64,000 bases of DNA from Zygnema circumcarinatum SAG 698-1b. Lineage: Eukaryota > Plantae > Zygnematophyceae. Of the stretch, positions 9,108-21,019 are shown piece by piece (within the stretch, counting starts at the first letter, position 1; each line of letters begins with the position of its first letter). Under the pieces are notes generated by a model. That model saw nothing but the letters and a program-made list of their open reading frames with translations. It searched no databases and was not told the origin of the DNA. Made by a program: the position numbers and the translations under genes. The stretch is taken from assembly GCA_037447605.1 (NCBI GenBank), contig CM074804.1:6425909-6489908 (forward strand). The letters are read 5' to 3'.

Positions 9108-12100
9108 CTATGCCCTGAGGTCCTCTGGGGCGAAGGGCATCATGAGCAGAGGCTTGAGCTGCACGTGGACCCGCTGCCCCACTTCGAGGGGCTGATCTTC
9201 CCAGTCGTATCTTTGCCTCACAAACTCCAACTTCTCCCCATCATCATAGCTCAGCTCCAGCTCAACCTGTGCAGCACATCAAACCTCCAAACAAGTTATC
9301 AGAGCGTGAACATGAAAAACAGGGCAGGATTTTTCTCAAACACTTTGTTTGGAGCTTGCAACAAAGACACGCAAGATTTGAGATCAGAGTGGAAGTAATG
9401 GTTGAAATAAGGGTCCATGCCATTGAACGAGCAGGAGGATTCTGCACACGGGCAGGACGTCATGTTTCATTCCGAGTCATTAGACTATCACCAGCCTCAC
9501 ACCTCGATGGAAGTGCACAGAGACGAACCTCAGATCCCATGTTGTTGACAAGAGTCACAGTGGCAGGAGTGGTATTTTTATCTCTTCTCTCTTCAAAGAA
9601 GAGAACTGCATCGTTGGGCCGCACCAACACCTGATTTACTCCCCATCCCATGCTTTTCATTCAGAACTCTTTCAGTCACTAATTTTTCCGTGCCTGCATT
9701 TCTTCAACCTTTGCACCTTTCCTTTTCTTAAAATTTGACATAAGTACAGGTTCAGAAGTCCCTAAGTAATTACCTAGAAGCAAAAGACAAATAATCTTCC
9801 GAAGCCATACAGAAACAGCTCGACGAAGCAATGGGCATTGTTCATTAGGGCCTTACCGAGGGCCTGCTGGTCCGAAGGCCCGAGCGCCGAACAGCCAAAG
9901 ATGTTGCTCGGAAAATGTTTGGCTGCATAGCATCACCAACAAAGACCAAACATGCAAAGAATAATAATTCAAATAGCTAACGTTCTAGTTTCTATCGCTG
10001 ACTGGAGAACTTTCTGTCAGACAGCAATCCCCGAACATGCAACGCAACGATTGAGAAAGCAGGACACAAGAGCAGAGCGTACTGAACTTAAATTCATGCA
10101 GGCTACCAAGCACCGAGAGGGCACATAAGCACTTCATCATCATGCCTCGAAAACTACCACAAAAGATGCAGCAAACTTTCGCATCATGCAGAGGAAATAA
10201 AATGAGTTGTGCTGCCCGTATGTGATGTTCAGAGGAAAATGGCCTTAGACGAGTTGACTCACATCGCACATGAAGTTCATGACAAAAGGAGAAGTCGGCC
10301 GTTGAAACACTTCAAAAGGAGGTCCCATCTGTCAGCAGAGGGGGCCGATCAACAATGCGGAAAACGTTAGCATTAGGCCAAATTGATGCGATGAAAACCT
10401 TTCTAAAATACTTCAAATGCCTTTCACATCCCAATTTAAACCTTTGAGCACAAACTTCACCAAATTGCATGCTCCATAACAACAAGCTTAACTCTCCTTG
10501 GCAACTTACCCCGAGCTCATTAGTTCAAGGGCTCTCACAAACGCACCTGCATTATTCTCCCTCGATGGAAAACGATCATGAGGTCGGCCATTTCTAAAGC
10601 TTCGTCCTGTTAAACAAGAGGCGTATCTCAGTAAGTCAAGTTACTTGGGGCCATCATATTGTAACCAGCCTCTCATCCATAAGATAGCCTGAATTCGTAT
10701 CCTGCCAGAGTTGAGACTGACAAGAAGAGAACTGTGAAGGAAGCATCGAACCATGACGGACTGGACATCGAACAGGATAAAGTGGGATTCAGATGCTGAA
10801 AAAAAGGCAATGCCTAACAGCCATAATTCCACTGCCAACTGAACGTCAACAGTAGTCTACACTCTTGAAAAAAAGCTTAATATAAATCATTCCAATGCAA
10901 CATTCATCCATCTACAATCGCATAACATGCAAACCTGTCCTCCCAGCTTCAAGGAGAGCCCCACAGGCATCTTAACGGGGCTGCCCTCAATCTACTGCAA
11001 CAAAGTCTTCCTTCCAGCTCAATGCCAAAGGAATATGCAATTGGCAACCTCGCTTACTTGATACTGGCATGAGATTCAACCCTGACCTCCGTCCACAGAT
11101 GAACTTTAAAATGGTAGCAACCTTACCTGATCGTGGGTAACAAATATCGTGGTAATCTGCAGAGCTTTCTGCAGCTTGCGCACCCAACTTCTCAGTTCTT
11201 GGCGAACGATGGCATCAAGGGCACCAAAGGGCTCGTCCAGCAGCAGGACTCGCGGTTGCGTCGCCAAAGCGCGTGCTAAGGCCACTCTCTGCCTCTGCCC
11301 TCCCGAAAGCTGCAAAACCCTGAAAGATGAGTCAGAATGGTTCACAAGCCTATGACACAAAATTGGGGTTGTCAAAGGACTCACAAGTTATCACCTCTCG
11401 CTCGGCTCTCCTCAGGAGGGACACATGGGATGCAACGAAGAAAAGTTGGGCTGCGGTATACAATGCTCAATGGCATCCGATAGACTACCACAGCCAAGGT
11501 ACAATGAGCTGTTTGGAAGAAAGGGACGACTACCGGACTTCAGAAAGGAAAATTCACGCTTTTCCCTCATTAAACATGGGCATGGAATGCCTACCTGAGG
11601 AGGATAACGATCCCCAAGGTCTGACAGCTGTACAAGCTCCAACAAATCGTTTACTCTCTTCGCTAGTTTCTCCTGATGATCAGCACAATGAAACAAGTAT
11701 TGAGAACATACTGCCCTTGTAGTATTAAGTGGTTAGTGGAATCAAGTTACGTACAAAGCAAAGGACCCCAGAAATGGACTGTGGCCTTCATCAGAAAAGT
11801 GTTAATCACCTCAGGAAGCAATCTACCCTAAACCCGACAGCCAATGGATAGGACCACGGAGCTTCCAAACTTTAAATGCCTGAAGCGCTAAATTCACAGC
11901 ATGCCATCCCCTCGTTTTCTCAAATCTAACATCTCTTTATTCTGCCTGTACGTCACCTTAGTTAGCTCGCCAGTTCGTTTCCTCGTGTTCAGTCCATACC
12001 CAATGTTCTCTTTCACAGTCATATGCTTGAAAAGAGCATAGCTTTGGAACATCACACCAACATCCCGGTCCTGAACCTTCACGCCTGTCATATCTTTATC

Positions 12101-14275
12101 ATCAAAATAGATCTTGCCAGTTGTGGTGCTTTCAAGGCCTGCTATCATCCGCATGAGAGTAGTCTTGCCTGACCCAGATGTACCTGTAAGCCAATGGTTG
12201 CCGCCTGTCAAGAAACATTTCTAACAAAAAGGTGGAACCATATGACGACCATAGAACTTTTCTTGTTGTTGTTTGGAAATTGAGTTAAACAGTTCGCTTG
12301 TTTTCGAAAAAACGGAACATTAATTCAATGCTTTTCCAGCTCCTAATCTGAGATATTTGCACCGTCAATCAAATTCGGTGAATTCATGTTATTTGTTGAA
12401 CGTGGACTAGCATTAGCAGGTCATGGGCGCTGGGAACTAGTGTTGCCAACTGTACAATATCAGCAAAACTCACTTTACGACCACCAATTATCGCTGCTCA
12501 TAAACAATGCCTTCGTCTTCTTTAACAAAAAAATCAAGTTTCATTTGCAATTGCATTTTCAGTTTCATTTGTGAAAAGACATAAAAAGGTCCTAGCACAA
12601 ATCCTGCATATATTACTTCATTCCCAAAAATAGACGTCATTAAAAGTTCAAAGAATACTACAAAGGATCTTCTCGGCCATATTGAAGCTGAACCACCAGT
12701 TGACAAATCAAAGTCCAGTGTCGACTGTACGATAAAAGACTCACCCACAAGAGCCACCATAGACCCCGGCTCCACATTTACAGAAACATTGTGAACAACT
12801 TGTCGAGCTCCAACAGAACGAGTCACAAACTGGAGTCAAGCCATGAAAACGCACAATAAGTCAAACAAGAAAAACCGGCCACACTTCACCTCCTATCCAC
12901 ATGCACATCTAGTTAAGAGTAATCACTATGAGAGAAGTGGATAATTGCATAACAACCATTTACTGACCATAAGCTGATCTGATGAATGGCAAGAAACAAC
13001 AAAAACTTTCTCTCAAATGCCTGAATCTCAACTGCCACAGGCATAAGGTACCTTCGCCCGAGGTTGCATTTCAAAATGAGTTGAGAAGCATGGTACAGTA
13101 CGAAACTTTAACTAGAGGGTACGCAGAGCAATACTTGTCATTTTGAGTGCTGGCTCACTGCATTTTCTGTGGGAATCTTCCATCAATCTGCTTCATTCTA
13201 CCAGTGGGTACTAGCTGTGAAAGAAAGCAAACTGCCATATCTGTTTCTTAAATTTATCCCCCTTCTCCTCAACTCATCCGATTTCAAATAAATCAGACTG
13301 TAATGTAAGGGTTTAAAAATGCTGTCAGCTTATACAAGGATCAATTCAATAGAGTGTGGGCTGTCAAGCTTGGTCCACATAGGAGAATCTACTCACAGTT
13401 TTCGACACATTTTCCACTTTGATAGCTGTCGCTCCTTGCGAAGACAGCTCCTTCAGAACCTCCTCCCTCAATGCAGCGCGTTCATCTACCTCCGGAATGT
13501 ATGGCGTCTCGTCCTCTTCCACCATGTCCTTGCTAAGTTCCCAGGGATTGGGAGGCAAAGTTAGAAGCTTCCCATTTTCTGTCTCTGCTCCTTCAGACTC
13601 CTCCTCCAACTTTCTCTCGTTTGTATTTCGAAATCCTAAGATATCACTCAGCTTGGTAAAAATAGCACGACAGCGCACACTGCGGCGAACGAATGAAGTG
13701 GATGAGTTTGGCGTGCTCGTATCTAATACTTTCCGAACACTCAAGGGGTTGGCACTTAAAAATGTGGAAAATTCACTACTGGAGTACGAGGAGCGAGTTG
13801 TGGAATACTGAAAAGAGGCGGCTTTGCAAGTAAGAAAACACTGGGCATGGTCTGCATAAATGCTCTTTCGATGACTAGCGAGAGCAAAGGCTGCGTGTGG
13901 CAAGGAAAGTGAAACACTCTTGTGAATTAACCGGCTTGAAAGGACACACGTACAAGTAAACTCATTGCAAGCGGTGTTGCCACTGAAAGGAGCCCTCAGG
14001 CAAAGGCTGCTCTGCAAGCCAGCTGATCCTACTCCATTTCTTGCTTTCGCAGCTAAACAATGCGATTCACCAAGCCATAAGGAAATCTCGAGAGTACTTT
14101 GCCAACGGCACAGTGCATTGGAGGAGAGGGATCGAATGTGAGTGCGGGAAGGGCCACAACGCCCCCTTCGGTCTCGGTTCAAACAGCTCTTTTTCAAACC
14201 TTGGTTTTCCGAAAGAGCAAAAGGGCTCCTTTCTAAGCAGCCGCTGCTGACGGTTTGCAGCAGCTCGGCCGCCAT
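9108..14275 (-). CDS. cysA: Nuclear-encoded plastid sulfate ABC transporter ATP-binding subunit (CysA/SABC), 10 exons, with a long N-terminal extension
   Basis: Approximate exons: 13397-14275, 12745-12829, 11957-12183, 11595-11672, 11127-11309, 10547-10606, 10263-10328, 9857-9922, 9529-9630, 9108-9266, all with GT-AG ends. Walker [11 protein letters not shown]-loop [12 protein letters not shown], signature [16 protein letters not shown], Walker [12 protein letters not shown], and H-loop [14 protein letters not shown]. The TOBE-like C-terminus (VLVRPND...VGQRVHV) resembles Chlamydomonas SABC. Confidence 0.93.
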
Positions 14276-14374
14276 GGCCGCAGGACGCTCACCACCTCCA
14301 CCTCCCCCGCCCCGACGAGAGCGTGGGCGCAGGACGAGACGCCATTGCAACCCGCGGCCATGGGCAGGCACCTT

Positions 14375-14393
14375 CCAATGGTGAATCGCCACG
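14375..14393 (+). promoter_or_regulatory. ERSE-type element CCAAT-N9-CCACG, 100 bp upstream of the cysA ATG, next to a second G-box (CCACGTGG)
   Basis: CCAAT GGTGAATCG CCACG is an exact match. Function is inferred. Confidence 0.5.
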
Positions 14394-14464
14394 TTGGCAC
14401 ACTTGTCCACGTGGCTAGCCGCGTTTGGACAAGCGATCCGTTCGGGTGCCTCGCGTGCAGAGCA

Positions 14465-14906
14465 CAGGTTGGACCATTGGACCAACCGTTGGATTCAATG
14501 GTTGGGAACCACTGGTTGCGACCCAGACGACCGTTGCCAATGGTTGTCAACCATTGATGGCAAGTTTTCTTTTATTTACTTTTTTACAACAATTTAAGTA
14601 TGTGAATTTTCAATGTGATGGGTAAAGCCCATTGCTTTCAAAGACTACAGAAGGTGAGTTCGAATCCATCAGATGACAGGTACAAAATTTGCTCTTTCAC
14701 GGTCATAGTCAATCATGGGACTCCATTATCTGCGTCCAATGGTTGCAAACCAACCATTAGCTTGGGACTGAACCAATCATTGCCGATGGTCGCAACTCAA
14801 TGCCGTTGGTCGCAACTCAATGCCGTCGGGCCGAATCAATCACCAAACCATTTGACGTCCAACCATTGCCATCCAATGGTTGTCGATCCAAATGGTCCAA
14901 GCTCTG
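14465..14906. mobile_element. MITE-like element with imperfect terminal inverted repeats and many AACCATTG/CAATGGTT sub-repeats
   Basis: The left end GTTGGACCATTGGACCAACCGTTGG resembles the reverse complement of the right end, CTTGGACCATTTGGATCGACAACCATTGG. A related fragment lies at 20409-20530. No TSD was found. Confidence 0.55.
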
Positions 14907-15400
14907 TTAGCCGGGAGGGAGGGAGAGCGCTAAAGAGCAACCGATACGCAGCCTGAAAAAAGTGGCGGGTACAGACTGAAACAAAGCGCCATGTACCGAG
15001 GGCCAACAAAGCTGTGCTGTACGAGTACCGTGCAGGATGATTGCCAAGCCAAACTGAATCTCTCTCCCTTATGAACAAGACAGCGTCCTGCCTCCTTTTG
15101 TGACGTAGGGAGATAACTTATGTTTCTCAACGACTGGATTAAGAAATTCCACACAATCATTTCATCCAGTCCACAAATTAATTTACAAAAACAAACACGT
15201 GACCCACAAGGGATATACCTGTCCAAGTGAAGGATAGAAAGAGGCTATTCTCGACTTTTATTCACCCATTTCTTCCAATTACTGTCCAAAACAGCGAACA
15301 ACTACAGACACATTCAAATTTGAAAATTCCATAAAGCGTCAAGGTCATGGTCGGAGGTCAAGGTCGGAGCCCTAAATAGGCCCACGTCAACTCTGTCACT

Positions 15401-18400
15401 TCACGGAACAAATACAAACTCCCGAATCGGAGTTGATTTCTTGTATGGTAATGCTTCCGCAATACTGGCGCCTTCAGGTATTGGGATTTCAGCTTCATGC
15501 GGTTCCTTATGGCGGTAAATATTGTCATTGTCATAGGTTATGGTTTGTAATTGCTTCTGAAAAGCCTCTTCTTCCTTGGCATAGGTCGCCCTCCATTCAG
15601 CATCTCCTGAGAGGAGAAAAGCACATCGGATACAAACACCGTTAGCAGTGCACAAGTTGCAAGGGCATTGCCTTCGCAAGTGGGCGAGCCCTCCAGCTTA
15701 TCAAATAGTATATGTGGCTATTGCCGTATGGCCAAGCCAAGCCAAGCCATGCAATTGTCCTCGGAACCATTCCCGGTATTTCACTCGTACAGCTGATAGC
15801 AAGGACCCACCGTTCCTTCTCTTTAGTATGCTCCGCCTTAACCTCGGCTGCCTCACCTGGAATCTTAACCTCCTGAAGGCGCGCTTTAGCGGCGCGCAGC
15901 AGCACTAGAGCGACCCCAACCCCATTTTCTTCCGTATCCACAGCGTTCTTAGCAAGCCATCGCCGCATCTTGAGCTCGTGCAGAGCTTTACTCACGTGCA
16001 GGTAACGCTGTCATACACTCCGTCCCACTGTCCTGCTGTCAGTTCTGAGAGTGGGGTACCATAGGTGTACTTCCAGCGTGTCTGGGAGTGCAAGAAATGG
16101 AGGCAATCCCATAATCAAGTCTCGAGGGGTTCACTCAGACAGGAAAGTAAAACCTGGCGATCCTGGACCTACGGATGGTCAAAATCTGAAGATAAATATT
16201 CAAATTATCCATAAATGAGGACATTTTTTTTCAAACGCAAGCAAAGTGAACTCCTTCGCTCGTTCGATAACAGATATAGCATGAAGGTGGTCTTAAATCT
16301 CACCACGAACTTCTCTGATAGCTCACTCCACTCTTTTCCGTTGCTTCGTAAAATGTTGATGGCTTCTTCATATTTATCCAAGCAACCCTTATGGAGGCTG
16401 GCTAAAAGTCTAGGACTCTTGCCACTCTGCTCTGCCAACTGAACAGCGATAGCCTGTAGAGGGAAAGCGAAAAGAATAAAGAGTTAGAAAGTAAGTTTCA
16501 TCTATGGAAGTGCAAGCAAGAAGTCTTTGTATCTGTTAAAAACGGAAGGCAGACATGTAACGAGGAGGTCGGTGAAATACATAAAAGCAGTGAGGCAATC
16601 CTGTGTAACTTTTAGGACAAACAGAGAAAGATGCATGAAAACATTTCCAAGCATCCGTCCCAGCTGAATCACGACAACGCTCTGAAAAGTTCAGAGTTTA
16701 CGACTTAAAAAATTGTTCTGAGCAACGAACAATCTAAAAAAGGGAAGTGGACAAAAAAATCGCATACAAACGAAGTGTAGATATCTCGTAAGACTCATGC
16801 AGGCTGCCAAGACTCCTTCCTAACCCAGTCAGACTCTTCTTGACGGATATGACATCTCAAACTGGCCAACACCTTTGAATGAATCCACCCCTTCACTTTG
16901 GTGGAGCCGTCCCTAGGGCAATCAACTTGTCATTCAAAAGCCAAACTTGTCTCTGCACGCGACCCATCGCCAAAGCGGAGGTCTGGTCCAAACCTGTGCC
17001 TCCCCTAGGCATATTTGCTTCCATGCTTCCGCCATGCTCGGCGCAGTCTCCACGGGCCGATTGTTCGCATTGGGGAGCACAGCTTTCAGAGGCTCCAAAA
17101 CCTGCTTCTCGGCGTATTCGTACACTCCGGCCGCTTCCTGCAGACGCCGAATCGCTCCTTTTGGGTCTGGGGAGGTTGCAGGTTCATGCGGCATTACTTT
17201 AGCTTAGTTTCGCTGCAGAGCAATTGTTCTCTTCATTCACGAACTACTAATGCAGCAGATAGATAGGTTAAGAGTGGACGAGAACAAAGAGAGGTGGCGT
17301 GGTGACAGGATAAGAAGCGGTAATTTAGGGCATAAAAGAGAGTGAACGCTGGCATAGGCGAGACAGGCAAAGGCTACGACTATAAGCAGCAGAATACGAA
17401 TCTGACAAACCGACTGCTGTAGAATAGAATACACATCTACGTGAAAAACTTAACCACCGCCTGCCAAATCCCTTACCAGTAAAGACCAACCAGCATCTGC
17501 TCCTACTTCATTAGCAGAACAAGCGTCACCATGCAAAACTCGCAGCTTCCATATTTGGCAATTGTTCACCTGCATCGGCCTCCTCCATGGCGCATTCCCG
17601 CAGAAGAGCAGCGTAGACCGCCAACACCATGGCGTACTCGAAGCGGAGGTCATCGCAGCCGTGGAAGCGGGCCCCCCCCCATGCATTGCCATGGCTGCTG
17701 CCCCAACTAAGCGGCGAAGTCCATTCTATTTTAAGAGTTCGCCGCCAAAAGGACATTCGTTCGCTTTGTTGCACAGGTACCGCATACTCGATAAGGTTCT
17801 CAAGAATAGGAAGATATTTTTGTACTTTTTGAAGGTCCTGCACAAATAGGAACGAATGAATAAAGGACGGATAAATCCTGCCCGGAAAACGAACTCGTTT
17901 GGCTCCTCGTTGTAATATATCAAGTTTACAACCCCCCGCCTACCATTTTCAACAGCCTGAAAGAGACTCTAGGGTAAAATCGGACCTGCAATGAGCGCTC
18001 ACTGACGCCGCCATGGACTTCCCGAGCAATGGCTTCCGACAGTCGACTGCTGCCATTCAAAGCGTCTTCAAGTACCCTTCGCTTTGCTGTGAGCTCTCGC
18101 AGCAATTCAAGGGTGTTGGCATCTTTAGCGTGATAAAATTTCTCATAGACCACCTGCTTAAAAATCATTCAAATGCTGACGTAAGCAACTTCTCCTGACA
18201 CTCCTTCCGCCAATAGACGACTTTGCAAAATTGCGGAATAGAGGGATGCGTGCTGGCCTAACGACTCTGTTCTTCTTGGTAAAAGCAAGATCACATTTCC
18301 TAGCAAAAAATGTACGTACTCAGAAACCTAAAGGTTTGTTACTTGGCACATGTTTAAAGTCCAATTAGAAGGTACAAAACGAGGAAACGAGCGCTTACAT

Positions 18401-18443
18401 TTCCTGTTCGAAATTTTGCTGGTTCATGATACTGCAGCAGCAT
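15401..18443 (-). CDS. BRAF: BRO1-domain protein, ortholog-like to Arabidopsis BRAF (endosomal ESCRT regulator), 7 coding exons
   Basis: Spliced product: MLLQYHEPAKFRTGN|VVYEKFYHAKDANTLELLRELTAKRRVLE...AIAREVHGG...Q|DLQKVQKYLPILENL...LKIEWTSPL...FEYAMVL...|...EAAGVY...ICLGEAQ|AIAV..AEQSGKSPRLLASLH...|...ALHELK...GVALVLLRAA...|...EIPIPEG..IAEALPY...REFVF. It is co-linear with the plant BRAF family, with GT-AG junctions. Confidence 0.88.
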
Positions 18444-20363
18444 CGTTAACTCAGAGAATGAAGGCCCCTAATTTTTCACGGTGTTTACTTGGTTTCCGCC
18501 TCCTTAAATCCTAATCCCACCGTTGCTGTGATACTCTGAACTGTGGACCTGAAGACGGCAGAACTGAAGATATTGATCGTTTCTGTTAGATGCCCGCCTC
18601 AGAAAGAGAACGAGAGGAAATCCGTCTATTTTCAGAATGCCCGCAGTATAATGCTACTCCTATTTCCCGGATTTGCTGAGCGTGCGCCTGTTCTCTTGCT
18701 GCTCAATCTCCATATCCCTCTTCGCAATGGCCTCGCGAAGGTACTCCTGCCATATTGCAGGAAAAACGACCATAAGTTGGCACCCTTGACAGTACAAATT
18801 TCATTCACTTTCACACTCATACACCATCCGCCTCGGAGAATTCCAGTCGGAGCACCATAAAATTAAATCAATCAACTGAATTCATGACGCAGAGAGCTAC
18901 TGCCAGCAGAAATTCAGAATCCTAAATTAACCGCGGAATTGAGCAATGGTTCCTTATTACATCAATGATGAAAAGTAGCCAAAGCGCGAAACAGTGGCCA
19001 CGTCAAGAAGGCTTGTTGCAGAGAGGACGGATGACAATAGTGACCAGGTTATTTTTCCTCCTTAGTCACTTGGAAGACCGGAAAATCAGGTTGTAAAGTA
19101 ATGAGAGATAGAAACTGCGAGCTTGCTCCACAAGGAGTTAATGGAATGCAAACAGACGCTCACAATGAGGCACACCAGGTTACCACAAAAATGAACGGAA
19201 TCCGAACATAAATTCGCCTCTGTCCATCTTTTGGTACACTTGCGAAATTTAAAATAAGAAATTCAAGACCCAAATCTGGGATGCGCCGCATAGCAGGCTG
19301 TCTCTCATTAGTCTTAGCCCCTTATAGTGCCTACCATATCAAAAAAGTCACTCAGTCAGCTCGCTCATAAAAACAAGCTTTCAGATAGAGTGATGTTCAT
19401 CGCTCTGTCAACCTTGTTCTTCACATCTCTATTAAGATGGTAATCTGCGGTTATCCTTAGCTACAGCCTCGCAATGTTTCCCTTGTCAACTTGTAGATTA
19501 CGGGAAATTTTTGGCAGTCTAATCATTGAGATCTTCTGAACGCATTATGGCACATATTCTATATAAGACGGTTTCTAGGCCAAGCTAGATTAAACAGATT
19601 TAAACGTTGTTGGCATACTCGCTCCCCGGGAAGGAGTTTCATTTCAGCTCATTAAGAAGTTATGAGGCTATGATGACACACCTTGTGCCGAATTTCGAGG
19701 TGATGCAACACATAGAAGCCCAAAGCACCACCCGCTAAAGTGCCAACAATGATGGCAAAGTTTCCAACTGAAGTGGACATGACTCCTGCCACACAAGGAC
19801 AAAAGGCCAAAATTGCGCAGCGACTAAATCATTCAGAACATAGTAATGCGTGAAACACAAACTTATCAGGATAAGACTGGCATGAGAGAGCACGCGCGCA
19901 AAAAGAAAAAAACCAATCTGCCGATCTAGAGCTACTCATTTACTTTCCAGCAACTACGGAGCACTCGACTCTGAATTCAGCTGCCGTCACCATCATCACC
20001 CACAAAAGGACACTAATCTCACGTTTCCCTTCCTCTTCACCCTTAAATTCCAACGTTCCTGCTCTTCCCAAGAGTCAAATCCCTCCCTTTTCACTACTCA
20101 CAAAGCACCAGCCACTCTACTCCTTCTCTCCTCTTCCTGACCGCGCTCAGCGTCCCAGCAAAGACCCTCGGAACGACTCCATAGCAGCGAGCGTCCTGCA
20201 GGAGGGAAGCGCACCGAGCGAGCGAGCGAGCAGAGCGTAGCGTCTAGACGGACCCTCCCTCCCCTCCCGCGACACGGCACGGCGAGCTGGAGACAGGGGA
20301 AGGGAATTTTTCTCCCTCCCCCCCGTACGACACTGCAGGAAGGGAAGGGACAAGGGACGCACG

Positions 20364-20364
20364 C

Positions 20365-20401
<37 letters not shown>
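20364..20401. repeat. (GGCT)n microsatellite
   Basis: About 9 copies are directly visible. Confidence 0.95.
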
Positions 20402-20402
<1 letters not shown>

Positions 20403-20408
20403 GAGAAC

Positions 20409-20530
20409 TGGACCAACCATTGGAATGGCTACCAACCGTTGGCTACAATGACATTCAACCATTGCCAAAGGTCGAATCCGTTGGATTTCGTAGCTGCCAA
20501 CCAATGCGACAATGCCAATGATTGCGAGTC
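20409..20530. repeat. Fragment of the AACCATTG-repeat MITE family also found at 14465-14906
   Basis: TGGACCAACCATTGGAATGG...CAACCGTTGG...CAACCATTGCC shares motifs with that element. Confidence 0.5.
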
Positions 20531-21019
20531 TTGCGACCACCCGGCGGTCACCGCGGTCGACGGCAGTGAGCCAGCGTGGCAGCAGTACTGTACGCCACCT
20601 GGTATTACGGCCAATCTCTGGCTACCATGTGGCGCCTCTCGATTTGAAAATGCTGTCGTGGCAGCCACGTTGGCTCCACGTCGGTGAAAATATGGGCCCC
20701 CAGGGACCCCGGAATTGCGTCGCACACAACGGTCGATGGAACCCCACGCGAATACGTACATGGAGCTGCAACATCACAGATAAGCGTTTCGTGCCACGAA
20801 GATTGCGCAACGGCGACCCAGACAGCCCCACACGTAGCCGATGCTGGCCGCTGCCGCTGTGAGCATGGAACGGCGAGAATCCGTTCGAATTCACGACATG
20901 GAGAGCTGGAGGAGGCGCTCAAAAGGCGGGGGAGCTGCGGCTCTAAGGTGAGGGCGTCGCCTCTCGCGGGAGGGCGAGCGGCAGAGGTGGGGGGGGCGCG
21001 GTGGCTCGCGGAGCCCGCC

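Noticed and set aside
9110-9140. Hairpin with CTGAGG...CGAA, hammerhead-like
   Set aside because: It lacks the CUGANGA/GAAA core and is the last cysA coding exon on the other strand.
9845-9900. GC-rich stem-loop resembling a ribozyme or structured RNA
   Set aside because: Most of it is cysA coding exon 9857-9922 ([22 protein letters not shown]).
18444-20330. Possible hidden gene or ncRNA upstream of the BRAF ATG
   Set aside because: No credible ORF or RNA motif. Splice-like signals suggest 5' UTR exons and introns of BRAF.
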